Below the pieces are notes generated by a model. It was not told the DNA's origin. It saw nothing but the letters and a program-made list of their open reading frames with translations, and ran no database searches. Below, one piece after another: positions 20,289 to 29,858 of a stretch of DNA of 46,510 nucleotides. Position 1 is the first letter of the stretch, and every line of letters begins with the position of its first letter. Source of the stretch: an uncultured bacterium. Its GTDB lineage: Bacteria > UBP7 > UBA6624. The translations under genes were made by a program, and so were the position numbers. The stretch is from contig CAXGSM010000012.1 in NCBI GenBank assembly GCA_964012435.1, positions 1 to 46,510 of the forward strand, written 5' to 3'.

Positions 20289-21586
20289 TTACCTAAGACC
20301 TTTAATAAATTATACAAATCTTTAACAATTTGCGCAGGGGATTTCATTTTTAAAACACCTTTAACCATGTTTTTCTTCTTTTTTCCCTTTGGGGTGCCAT
20401 CAACAGTTAATAAACTTTTTGCGGCATAACTTATCAGTTGAGGATAATCATTTAATATATCCCTTCTCTTTCTGAAAAAAGGAAAAACATCTTCGTAAGA
20501 TCTTAAATCCTTCAAGATAAAAGAGTCTTCCAGCTTCTTCCTGTAAGCATTAAGAAAATTGGATGAAAAATCTTTATTTTTAATTGCTTCTAGCGCGACC
20601 TCTCCGGCAAGCCTTCCAGAAACAAAAGCAAAATTACTACCTTCTCTGTGAACGGCATTAACCATTAATGCTGCATCGCCAGTCATTAAAAACCCATCAG
20701 CAACTAATGTAGGAAGTTTTTTGTATCCCCCTTCAGGTATAAGATGGCCTGCATATTCAATTGTTTTACCGCCCTTCAAAAAAGGCTTGATTGATTTGTG
20801 ATTCTTTACATGTTCCAACAATTCATATGAAGCAATTTCATTATTTGCAAAATCAGCAACCAATGAACCGACTCCAATACTTACAGTTTTTCGATTCGTG
20901 TAAAGGAAGGCGTAACCCAAGCAGCCCTTCGTGATATCTCCAAAAATTTCATAAGACGCTCCTTCATTAGCTGAAATCTGAAAACGATCCTCAATTACAT
21001 CTTCAGGTAACTCAATTACCTCCTTAACAACCAGCGCGACCTCATCTGGTTTTGGTTTATTCCCAAAATTTCTTTTCCATGACACAAAGGCATTTACACC
21101 CTCACCCGAAATGACCAAAGGTGCACGAATTTCTCCATTGGGTCTGTCGGTAACCACCCCAACGACCTTTCCTTCTTCAACAATTAAATCTAAAACTACA
21201 GTTGCGGGGAGGAGCATTGCTCCATGTTTTTTAGCCTCTCCAGCCATCCATTTATCAAATTCACTTCTCAGAACAGTATAAGCATGTGCTGGAGCTTCAG
21301 TTTTTGCTTTAAATGCATCATCTGAATAGCCTAATTTTGTGACTGTCTTTTTGTCTGAAACCCAATAATTTTGCTCTGTAATTGGCCGTTCGATAGGTGC
21401 ATTTTTCCAAAAATCAGGAACAAGCTCTTCAAGTGAAGATGAATAGATGATTCCACCCATGAGATTTTTTTCACCAGGGAATTTTCCACGTTCAATTTGA
21501 AGAACCTTAGCTCCCCCTTTTGCAAGTGTAATTGCAGCTGCATTACCTGCAGCCCCAGCCCCAATAATTATGACATCAAAATTCAC
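20285..21586 (-). CDS. fixC: FixC-type ETF:quinone oxidoreductase flavoprotein
   Basis: GAGAAG, ERGKFPGEKNLMGG, APIER, LRSEFDKW, FLYTN, HLIPEGG, GDAA. Confidence 0.92.
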   Translation of the reverse strand: MNFDVIIIGAGAAGNAAAITLAKGGAKVLQIERGKFPGEKNLMGGIIYSSSLEELVPDFWKNAPIERPITEQNYWVSDKKTVTKLGYSDDAFKAKTEAPAHAYTVLRSEFDKWMAGEAKKHGAMLLPATVVLDLIVEEGKVVGVVTDRPNGEIRAPLVISGEGVNAFVSWKRNFGNKPKPDEVALVVKEVIELPEDVIEDRFQISANEGASYEIFGDITKGCLGYAFLYTNRKTVSIGVGSLVADFANNEIASYELLEHVKNHKSIKPFLKGGKTIEYAGHLIPEGGYKKLPTLVADGFLMTGDAALMVNAVHREGSNFAFVSGRLAGEVALEAIKNKDFSSNFLNAYRKKLEDSFILKDLRSYEDVFPFFRKRRDILNDYPQLISYAAKSLLTVDGTPKGKKKKNMVKGVLKMKSPAQIVKDLYNLLKVLGK

Positions 21587-21603
21587 AAAACTACCTAAAA
21601 AGC

Positions 21604-23025
21604 TTAAAGTTCTTTAAGCTCATTAGTTAATTCTATAATCATCTTCTTGCCGTCTCCAAAAAGCATTAACGTATTGTCTTTTCCAAATAATTCATTTTCA
21701 ATACCAGCATAACCAACGCCTCTTCCTCTCTTGTTAACTATAACAGTTTTAGATTTCCACACTTCAAGAACGGGCATACCTGCAATCGGACTATTTGGAT
21801 CTGTTTGAGCACCTGGATTAACAACATCATTGGCACCTATGACTAAGACAACATCTGTTTCTGGAAATTGTGGATTGATATCATCCATTTCAATTAATTT
21901 TTCATAAGGAACATTTGCTTCTGCCAATAAGACATTCATGTGTCCTGGCATCCTTCCCGCAACAGGGTGAATTGCAAACTGCACATTAACACCTTTCTTC
22001 TCCAGCTCTTCCGTCAATTCTCTAACATTATGTTGAGCTTGTGCAACAGCCATTCCATACCCAGGAACTATTACAACCTTCTCAGCAGCTTCAAAAATCA
22101 TAGCTGACTCTTCAGAACCCACAGGCTTATATTGAATCTGCTCACCGCCTTCAGCTGCAGTTCCACCTTCCTGGCCAAAACCCCCAAGCATGACTGAAAA
22201 AAGACTTCTATTCATGGCGACACACATAATGTTAGTTAAAATCAAACCCGAAGCACCGACAAGTGCACCACTAACAATCAAAATCGTTCCACCAATATTT
22301 CCATCCATAAGAAGAATAAATCCTGCGGCTGAAGCAGCCATTCCTGAATAAGAATTCAACAAAGCAATAACAACAGGCATATCAGCTCCGCCTATAGGTA
22401 TCGTGATTGCTACTCCAAGAATTAGCGTAAGTCCAATAAAAATATAAAGGTTACTAGGATCAATAGGATAAGAGCCTGAAGAAGTCATAACAATGAAACC
22501 AAGGATTGCTATAAAGATAACTGCATTCAAGAAATGCTGTCCTTTAAAAACTATAGGACTGCCATTCATCCTTCCATCTAATTTTGCAAATGCTATATAG
22601 CTTCCGGTTAAGGTAACCGCTCCTATTAGTATTGTTATGAAAACAACAACCATGCTGCCAGAACCACCTAAGTCAACAACAGCACTTGTTGGATTTGAGA
22701 AATTTTGGAAGAAATAACTAACAGCAACCAAAGCAGAAGCCAAACCACCAAAACCATTGAACAAAGCTACCAACTGAGGCATTCCTGTCATTGCAACTGT
22801 TCTAGAAGCATAAACACCTATTGCAGCACCAGCAAATACAAAACCAATTACCTGATCCCAGGTAACAATACTCATATTTACTACAGTTAAAACAATTGCA
22901 AAAAACATACCCCATGCCGCTAAGGTATTACCTTGTTTTGCAGTTTTCACCCTTCCAAGTTTCTTGATACCCATTACAAAAAATGTAATTGCAACCAGGT
23001 AGCCAAAATTGATTATGTTATCCAT
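21604..23025 (-). CDS. pntB: NAD(P) transhydrogenase subunit beta
   Basis: MPQLVALFNGFGG, GGADMPVVI, VPGYGMAVAQAQH, HPVAGRMPGHMNVLLAEA, GANDVVNP. Confidence 0.98.
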   Translation of the reverse strand: MDNIINFGYLVAITFFVMGIKKLGRVKTAKQGNTLAAWGMFFAIVLTVVNMSIVTWDQVIGFVFAGAAIGVYASRTVAMTGMPQLVALFNGFGGLASALVAVSYFFQNFSNPTSAVVDLGGSGSMVVVFITILIGAVTLTGSYIAFAKLDGRMNGSPIVFKGQHFLNAVIFIAILGFIVMTSSGSYPIDPSNLYIFIGLTLILGVAITIPIGGADMPVVIALLNSYSGMAASAAGFILLMDGNIGGTILIVSGALVGASGLILTNIMCVAMNRSLFSVMLGGFGQEGGTAAEGGEQIQYKPVGSEESAMIFEAAEKVVIVPGYGMAVAQAQHNVRELTEELEKKGVNVQFAIHPVAGRMPGHMNVLLAEANVPYEKLIEMDDINPQFPETDVVLVIGANDVVNPGAQTDPNSPIAGMPVLEVWKSKTVIVNKRGRGVGYAGIENELFGKDNTLMLFGDGKKMIIELTNELKEL

Positions 23026-23417
23026 TATTTGCCCTTCCTGTTAAACATTTGTAACATTCTGTCAGTAACCATAAAACCACCGACAACATTGATAGTTGCT
23101 AGCAATACTGCCGATAAAGCTAGCCATTTTGCTATATCAGAACCTGGAGGAAGTACCATCGCTAAAAGAGCACCAACAATTGAAATGCCTGATATTGCAT
23201 TTGAGCCCGACATGAGAGGAGTATGTAATGTTGGAGGAACCTTGGTAATTAACTCAAAACCAATAAATGAACCGAGCACTAATAAGTAAAAACCTAACAT
23301 CATTGGGTCAAGTAGCATGGATTCTCCTGCATTAGATGCAACTTCATGCACATGTGATGTGACTTCACTAACTTCATCTGGATAAGGAGTCCTTGGGTGT
23401 AAAAATAAATTAATCAT
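23025..23417 (-). CDS. pntAB: NAD(P) transhydrogenase subunit alpha part 2 (membrane)
   Basis: VPPTLHTPLMSGSNAISG, INVVGGFMVTDRML. Confidence 0.95.
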   Translation of the reverse strand: MINLFLHPRTPYPDEVSEVTSHVHEVASNAGESMLLDPMMLGFYLLVLGSFIGFELITKVPPTLHTPLMSGSNAISGISIVGALLAMVLPPGSDIAKWLALSAVLLATINVVGGFMVTDRMLQMFNRKGK

Positions 23418-24553
23418 TTGCTTTCCTCCATAGCATTCTTCACTCTCTTTTCAACAATATTACCGTTCATAGAAACCATCATTGGTCCTACAATCTCATC
23501 CTCCGAATCAACTTTGATGCTTTTTTCATCCTTGTCCGTCATGTGTGTAATTAAATTCAGAATATTCTTTGCATAAACAGTGCTTGAATGCAAAGGCACC
23601 AACGCAGGAATATTTTCTGGACCAAGTATCGAAACACCTTTATGATCAATAGTTGAACCAGGTTTAGTTAGTTCGCAATTTCCACCATTTGCTGCAGCCA
23701 TATCAACTATAACTGAACCGGGTTTCATTTTTTCCACCATACCTTTTGTTATAAGAACAGGAGCCTTCTTTCCAGGAACCAAAGCAGTGCTTATAACACA
23801 ATTAGAAACAGATATTCTTTCGGTCAAAACCTCTCTTTGCTTCGCTAAAAACTCTTTCGAAACCTGTTTGGCATATCCTCCTTCTGCAGAATTGTCCTCC
23901 TCTGATTCAACCTCTATAAACTTTCCACCCAAAGATTCAACTTCTTCTTTTGTTTCAGGCCTGATGTCAGAAACTTCAACCCTTGCACCAAGCCTTCTTG
24001 CGGTTGCTATAGCCTGTAAGCCAGCAACACCCGCACCTAAAATGACAACTCTTGCTGGAGACAATGTGCCAGCTGCTGTTGTCATCATTGGAAAAATTTG
24101 TCCTAGATGGTCAGCTCCAAGCAAAACAGCTTTGTATCCTGCAATATTACTTTGACTAGATAAACTATCCATAGATTGAGCTCTGGATATCCTCGGTAAA
24201 AATTCCATTGCTAATGCGGTAATCTTTTTGTCAGTTAGCGACTGCATGCTTTTTAAATTCAAAAAAGGATCTATTGAGCCAATCAAGATTGCAGATTCTT
24301 TTAGAAGTTTGATTTCTGACTCATCAGGACAAGCGACCTTGCATACACAATTTGAACCAAAAGCTTTTTTTCTATCAACAATTTTAGCGCCTACATTCTT
24401 GAATGCAGCATCATCGATTAAACTTAATGAACCTGCGTTGGATTCGACCAATACATCAAACCCCATAGCAATCAATTTTTTGACTGTATCTGGCGTTGCT
24501 GAAACTCTTGTTTCTCCTTTTTTTGATTCCTTAACGATACCTATAGTTACCAT
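23414..24553 (-). CDS. pntAA: NAD(P) transhydrogenase subunit alpha part 1 (domain I)
   Basis: ETRVSATP, PRISRAQSMD, GAGVAGLQAIATARRLGA, GGYAK, GGNCE. Confidence 0.96.
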   Translation of the reverse strand: MVTIGIVKESKKGETRVSATPDTVKKLIAMGFDVLVESNAGSLSLIDDAAFKNVGAKIVDRKKAFGSNCVCKVACPDESEIKLLKESAILIGSIDPFLNLKSMQSLTDKKITALAMEFLPRISRAQSMDSLSSQSNIAGYKAVLLGADHLGQIFPMMTTAAGTLSPARVVILGAGVAGLQAIATARRLGARVEVSDIRPETKEEVESLGGKFIEVESEEDNSAEGGYAKQVSKEFLAKQREVLTERISVSNCVISTALVPGKKAPVLITKGMVEKMKPGSVIVDMAAANGGNCELTKPGSTIDHKGVSILGPENIPALVPLHSSTVYAKNILNLITHMTDKDEKSIKVDSEDEIVGPMMVSMNGNIVEKRVKNAMEESK

Positions 24554-24580
24554 GTAAAACTCCCCTTTTGACTTAAAAGG

Positions 24581-25015
24581 TTATTCTAAATCTGAAAAAA
24601 AATCAGTCAAGTTTATCTTTTCGAAAATCACTTGAAAATTCTTTTTTTCATTATTGTTGAGACCTTTATCTATTTTTTTTAAAAAAACATCGACTACTTC
24701 ATAAAAGTTTTTCAAAAGCTGATTGCCAGCAGGTGATGGTTTAATTAAAATTTTTCGTCTATCGTTAGGTGGGACTTTAAAATGGATCAAACGTTGTTTC
24801 TGCATTCTTTCAACAACTCTAGTTATAGATGTTTGAGAAACGATAAGCTTTGATGAAAGATCTTTTAGACCAACCCATCCATTTTGATTGTCAAGCTCTA
24901 ATAAAACTTTGATTTGGAGCTTTGTATACTTTGGATGAGAAAGAACCTTTTTTAATCCGCTGTTCAAATTTGACTGAAGTTTGAAAATGCCTGAAATAAC
25001 CTCTTTTCGATTCAT
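24581..25015 (-). CDS. MarR family transcriptional regulator
   Basis: 144 aa, wHTH pattern SITRVVERM...DRRKILI. Confidence 0.8.
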   Translation of the reverse strand: MNRKEVISGIFKLQSNLNSGLKKVLSHPKYTKLQIKVLLELDNQNGWVGLKDLSSKLIVSQTSITRVVERMQKQRLIHFKVPPNDRRKILIKPSPAGNQLLKNFYEVVDVFLKKIDKGLNNNEKKNFQVIFEKINLTDFFSDLE

Positions 25016-26022
25016 TTAATCTTAAGTAAAACTTTACCTATTGCATTTGACTCTTCTAAATGTTGATGAGCTTGTGCAATGTCTTTCCAATCAAATTCCC
25101 TATCAATTAAAACCTTCAAATCCCCATTTGAAACCCTAGGAAGAATCTGATTTTTTAAATCCTCAAAACTTCCCATGGTGCTACCTATAATCATTTGGTT
25201 TTTGATAAAAAGATGTGGAAGATTTATCTTAACGATAGGACCAGTTGTTCCACCACAGGTTACAAGCCTTCCGTTTCTCTTCAGGATGCTCAAACTTCTT
25301 TTCCATGTTTTCTCACCTGTATGCTCAACGACAATATCAACACCTTTTGATGAAAAGTTTCTGACTGCACCAACGACATCATCTACTTTTGGATCTACTA
25401 AAAGATCCCAAAAACCTGAATCCAATTTTGATATTTTAGAACCTCTAGCAGTTCCAATAATTTTAGCACCGTGCAATTTTGCAATCTGACCAGCAGCATG
25501 CCCTACGCCGCTGCCAGCACCCCATATGAAAACAATATCTCCCTTTTTAACATTGCACCTACGAACAACCATATTCCAAGATGTTAAAAAAGATAACGGG
25601 AATGCAGCAGCAACTCTATCATCAATGGAATCATCTAAAGGAATCCATAAATTTGATTTTTGCTTCAAATGGCTTGATAAAGTTCCATTGCAAGTCTCTC
25701 CATGAATGCCATAATCTTCTGATAAATAATCACCTATGCCCGGTGAAAGCAATACCCTTTGGCCTTCCTTTAATGAATTTACACTTTTACCTCGTGCAAC
25801 TACAACACCCATGCCCTCAGAGCATGGGACAATTGGATATGTTACACCGGGCAAACCCTTGCGCACCCAGAGGTCAAGATGGTTCATGGCAGCATAATTC
25901 ATTTTGACAACTACATCATTATCCTGAACCTTACCGATATCAAAATCCTCAAAATCAAAAACGTCAAAAGACCCTGGCTTTCTAATAATTGCTCTTTGTG
26001 CTTTTATCACCAAAACACACAC
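25012..26022 (-). CDS. MDR-superfamily quinone oxidoreductase-like protein
   Basis: NHLDLWVRKG, GAGSGVG, GRLVTCGGTTG, GSTMG, GKVLL; no structural-Zn Cys cluster; exact start uncertain. Confidence 0.88.
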   Translation of the reverse strand: MCVLVIKAQRAIIRKPGSFDVFDFEDFDIGKVQDNDVVVKMNYAAMNHLDLWVRKGLPGVTYPIVPCSEGMGVVVARGKSVNSLKEGQRVLLSPGIGDYLSEDYGIHGETCNGTLSSHLKQKSNLWIPLDDSIDDRVAAAFPLSFLTSWNMVVRRCNVKKGDIVFIWGAGSGVGHAAGQIAKLHGAKIIGTARGSKISKLDSGFWDLLVDPKVDDVVGAVRNFSSKGVDIVVEHTGEKTWKRSLSILKRNGRLVTCGGTTGPIVKINLPHLFIKNQMIIGSTMGSFEDLKNQILPRVSNGDLKVLIDREFDWKDIAQAHQHLEESNAIGKVLLKIK

Positions 26023-26056
26023 ATCTTAAACTGATATCGATTATTATTATTGAGCT

Positions 26057-26497
26057 ATGCTACTATTTGATTGTTTTGTTGTTAATAAAACGAATGACAG
26101 TTACAGGTTCTTGATGCTGAAAAGAGCAAAAGGCAAAATATATGAAGGAATGTGGAGAATGGTTGCTGGAAAAATAAAACCAAATGAGAAAGCATGGGAA
26201 GCTTGTTTGAGGGAGATCAAAGAAGAAACTGGTTTAAAGATAGATGAGCTCTATTCAGTACCATTCATTAATTCTTTTTATGAATGGGAAACAAATAAAA
26301 TACATGATATCCCAGTATTTTTGGCCATCACAAAGGAATCTAAAGTCATGATGAATGATGAACATAATGAATATGAATGGCTTTACATAGATGAAGCAAT
26401 TTCAAGACTGGAATGGCCAGGGCAGAAGAAAGGCATTGAGGAATCTTTCAAAATGCTGACAAATCAAAAGATGAAGAAGCTGTTAAAGATTAAATAA
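26057..26497 (+). CDS. Nudix hydrolase (NudB-like)
   Basis: GKIKPNEKAWEACLREIKEETG; EHNEYEW. Confidence 0.88.
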   Translation: MLLFDCFVVNKTNDSYRFLMLKRAKGKIYEGMWRMVAGKIKPNEKAWEACLREIKEETGLKIDELYSVPFINSFYEWETNKIHDIPVFLAITKESKVMMNDEHNEYEWLYIDEAISRLEWPGQKKGIEESFKMLTNQKMKKLLKIK

Positions 26498-26504
26498 AAA
26501 AAAA

Positions 26505-27530
26505 CTAAAGAAATTTCTTTATCAAGGCTAGTGCACCTTGTTTCCAGGGCACTCTATGTCCAGTACCAGTATCAGAAAAACTATCTCTATTCTCAAGATA
26601 CCATTTGTATGTCCTGATCAATGTCTCTGAATTTGAATAACGAGAATTCCATCCAAGTTTTTGTAATTTAGAAGTATCCACCCAAGAATCCTGGTCAGCG
26701 GTTCCATACACCCATTTATACAATGGTGAAAGATTTAAAAACTCCAATATTGCAAGTGCTGATTTTGCAAAAGCTGCATTGGTTGGAAAAATTCTTGATC
26801 CTTTTTCTGAAAATTCAAACAATGCTCCTAAATCATCATTAACAGAAGAAAAGTGAGAAGCCCCTACGTTAAAGCAATCGTTACATGATTCATTGTCCGA
26901 ATGTATCAAAAGCTCAATGGCGCTAACAAGGTCAGCAACATCCAGAAGTTGGTACTTGTTTGCTCCACTACCTATAACAGGAATTTTTGTTCCAGAATAA
27001 ACCCAATCAAACAATATCTCAAAAACACCTAACCTTTCTGGCCCTATAAAAGTTTTGGGTCTTACGACCGGAACAACCATGCCTTTCTTTCTCGCTTTAA
27101 CGCATTCAAGCTCAGCTAAAACTTTACTTTCACCATAAGCCCCCACCCCTTTCATCTGATCACTTTCAGTTAATGGATGATGATCCGGAACGCCATAGAC
27201 AGCTGTACTTGAAACGTAAATCACCTTTTTAACATTCATTTTTCTTGAAACCTCAAGCACATTTCTTGTTCCAAGAACATTCGTATCGAAGATTTCCTTT
27301 TTGGGAGCAAGTGGTAAAGCTGCTGCTGCATGAATAACAATATCAGAATCCGCAATAGCGAACTCTAAATCACTTATCTTTCTAATGTCCCCAACAAAGC
27401 AAGAATGATTTCCTGATGTGTTTAAAAATAAAGATGAATTAAAGTCAAACAAGTTAACCTCGCAATCTGAAAACCTTTCAGCAAGATGCCACCCCAAAAA
27501 GCCGCCGCCGCCAGTAATGGTTATTCTCAT
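26505..27530 (-). CDS. NAD-dependent epimerase/dehydratase (extended SDR)
   Basis: TGGGGFLG, HAAA, SSTAVYG, YGESK. Confidence 0.9.
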   Translation of the reverse strand: MRITITGGGGFLGWHLAERFSDCEVNLFDFNSSLFLNTSGNHSCFVGDIRKISDLEFAIADSDIVIHAAAALPLAPKKEIFDTNVLGTRNVLEVSRKMNVKKVIYVSSTAVYGVPDHHPLTESDQMKGVGAYGESKVLAELECVKARKKGMVVPVVRPKTFIGPERLGVFEILFDWVYSGTKIPVIGSGANKYQLLDVADLVSAIELLIHSDNESCNDCFNVGASHFSSVNDDLGALFEFSEKGSRIFPTNAAFAKSALAILEFLNLSPLYKWVYGTADQDSWVDTSKLQKLGWNSRYSNSETLIRTYKWYLENRDSFSDTGTGHRVPWKQGALALIKKFL

Positions 27531-27632
27531 CACTTAAATCCTAGACTCGTATTAAGAAAATAGAAACTTTTTCATCTTTCCAACAGTACTTAATTTGATT
27601 AGGTTTTTACCTAAATGTTTTTATTCACCTCT

Positions 27633-27660
27633 AACGGGCACCTGAAAAGGTGTCCGTTTT
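27633..27660 (+). terminator. Intrinsic terminator-like hairpin
   Basis: AACGGGCACCT-GAAA-AGGTGTCCGTT then TTCATT; 11-bp stem with one G.U pair that forms only on the + strand. Confidence 0.7.
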
Positions 27661-27688
27661 CATTCAAATTAGAATACAAAATCAACAG

Positions 27689-28204
27689 ATGCAAAGCAAA
27701 TTAAAAAACTTTTCTCACAATTACAAAAAAAATCAAGCTGTTGTAAGCTCCAAATTAGGATTCTTGGAAGGGTCATGGCATGGTCATGGAAAAATCAAAA
27801 ACCACAAAGTGACAAGTGTCCTGACAATACAGTGGCAAGGTCAATTTCTAGTTTGGAATAGCAAATCTGTTTCAGATGAATTAGTATTCGAAAACAGCTC
27901 ATCAGGCCCCAAAATACCTCAATGGAAATTGGAAACATCGGAAATGATTGTCTTTCAGGGTTTTGGAAAAAAACACATTATACATATGCACATAAGAGAC
28001 AAAAACAAATGGGATCCCTTGAATCTTAAATTTGAAGAACTGTTTTTAAGACTTTATTTGAAACAGACTGATGAACAGCTTTTGTTTGAGCCCATTGAAG
28101 GTAATAAATTTCAAAAAAATTTCTTTATAGAAATACATATGGGTTCCAAAAAAATAATTTTTAAAAACAGTAACGGTACCAATTTAACCTATTTTCGAGA
28201 TTAA
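27689..28204 (+). CDS. Hypothetical protein
   Basis: Long ORF; GTG at 27650 lies inside the hairpin, so ATG 27689 preferred; LGFLEGSWHGHG motif. Confidence 0.55.
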   Translation: MQSKLKNFSHNYKKNQAVVSSKLGFLEGSWHGHGKIKNHKVTSVLTIQWQGQFLVWNSKSVSDELVFENSSSGPKIPQWKLETSEMIVFQGFGKKHIIHMHIRDKNKWDPLNLKFEELFLRLYLKQTDEQLLFEPIEGNKFQKNFFIEIHMGSKKIIFKNSNGTNLTYFRD

Positions 28205-29050
28205 AAAATCTAATAGCTTTTCAACGCAATCTTTGGTTTTGTTACCCTTGTCATGCAAGGGGTTATATTCCACAAAATCCAAAGAAAGCAGATTACCTTT
28301 AGTTAAGATTTTATCCAATAGAGCAATCGCCTCTTTTGGATCAAAACCACAATTAACAGGTGTTCCAACCCCAGGAGCAAACAAAGGATCAATTGAATCA
28401 ACATCAAAGCTTAAGCAGTAATCGTTTCCTGTAATTAAATTAACTTTTTTTGCAATTTCAGCAAAACCTTGTTTTTTAATTTCCTCAGCACTGAAATAAG
28501 TTATATTTTCTTTATCAAGAAGAGCAGTTTCACCTGGATCAATATCTCTCAAACCTAAAATAACCACTTTTTTTGGATCAAATAAAGCTGAATCTACAAC
28601 ATCACTTAAATGCTTAACTTTTTCGCCAATCAAAGCAGCTAAAGGCATCCCGTGTAGATTCCCTGAAGGAGATGTTAGATGGGTGTTCAAGTCAGCATGA
28701 GCATCAAACCAAATCAAGCCAGGGCTCTCATTGTTTTCCAAAGAATACGCAGAAGAAATAGCGCTTAGTGACCCTGAGGAAATTGAATGATCTCCACCCA
28801 AAACAAAAGGGAAATAGCCTGCTAGTATATTTTTAAATGTTTCTGATTTCAGCCTTAAGCAAATATCCTTTAAGGAATTGTTTCTGTCTTTTTTTAAATC
28901 ATTTCTAGAATCTATCTCTATAAATTTATGATCTTTTTTCAAGCCTGCAAATAAATTTAAATCCAAGATTTCAAAAGGCCCTAAATCTGAACCAGCAACA
29001 TTGCCGCCAAGCGAAGTAGGTGTTGAGATAAAACAAATTTTCTTATCCAT
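28184..29050 (-). CDS. rocF: Arginase
   Basis: GGDHS, DAHAD, SPSGNLHGMP, SFDVDSIDP, APGVGTP, VEYNP; ATG 29050 lies 1 nt after the suhB stop. Confidence 0.93.
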   Translation of the reverse strand: MDKKICFISTPTSLGGNVAGSDLGPFEILDLNLFAGLKKDHKFIEIDSRNDLKKDRNNSLKDICLRLKSETFKNILAGYFPFVLGGDHSISSGSLSAISSAYSLENNESPGLIWFDAHADLNTHLTSPSGNLHGMPLAALIGEKVKHLSDVVDSALFDPKKVVILGLRDIDPGETALLDKENITYFSAEEIKKQGFAEIAKKVNLITGNDYCLSFDVDSIDPLFAPGVGTPVNCGFDPKEAIALLDKILTKGNLLSLDFVEYNPLHDKGNKTKDCVEKLLDFLISKIG

Positions 29051-29051
29051 A

Positions 29052-29858
29052 TTAATCAATCCTGATTGCTGTAATAAGTTCATCATGGAAAAAACCATTA
29101 CTTGCAACTATGTCTCCGAACTTCATAAACGAATCTCCACCATGGAAATCACTAACGATACCGCCAGCTTCTTCGACAATCAAAACTCCAGCAGCTATAT
29201 CCCAAACAGAAAGACCCCCTTCCCAAAAACAATCAAACCTTCCACAAGCGGTATATGCAAGATCCAAAGCTGCAGACCCCATTCTCCTCATACCTCCTGA
29301 CTTTTTAAACAAAGCTTCAAATTGTTTTGAAAAAATTTTTATCCTATCTTTTTCCTTATGCGGAAAACCAGTAGCAATCATTGTTCCTTCAAGCTCTTTT
29401 TTATTGCTAACTTGGATTTCGGTTACTTTATTCCCCTGTTTTAAATAGCTGCCCATCCCTTTTTCGGCAATAAACATTTCATCATGAACAACATCGTAAA
29501 TAACACCACTGTAAATTTTTTTCAAATCGCTGGATGCTAGTGCAACAGAAATTGAAAAAAATGGCAAACCCTGAACAAAATTACGTGTACCATCAATTGG
29601 GTCAACTATCCAAATTTTATCTGAATCTAAAGAGTCCTGCCTCCCGCTCTCCTCTCCAAGAAAACCTGCTTTGTTATCAATCTCGTATAAACCTTCTTTT
29701 AAGGAAAGTTCAGAATCTCGATCAACCTTGGTAACTAAATCAAAACCTTCTTTAGACGAGATGTCTTTTTCTTCTAGCGACCTAAAAGATTTCTTTGAAA
29801 TTTTTGATACCTGGTAAATTAAATCACATACAAGATCAATTTTTTTTATTTGTCCCAA
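29052..29858 (-). CDS. suhB: Inositol monophosphatase family protein
   Basis: DLVTKVD, GEE, WIVDPIDGTRNF, RRMGSAALDL, WDIAAG. Confidence 0.92.
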   Translation of the reverse strand: MGQIKKIDLVCDLIYQVSKISKKSFRSLEEKDISSKEGFDLVTKVDRDSELSLKEGLYEIDNKAGFLGEESGRQDSLDSDKIWIVDPIDGTRNFVQGLPFFSISVALASSDLKKIYSGVIYDVVHDEMFIAEKGMGSYLKQGNKVTEIQVSNKKELEGTMIATGFPHKEKDRIKIFSKQFEALFKKSGGMRRMGSAALDLAYTACGRFDCFWEGGLSVWDIAAGVLIVEEAGGIVSDFHGGDSFMKFGDIVASNGFFHDELITAIRID

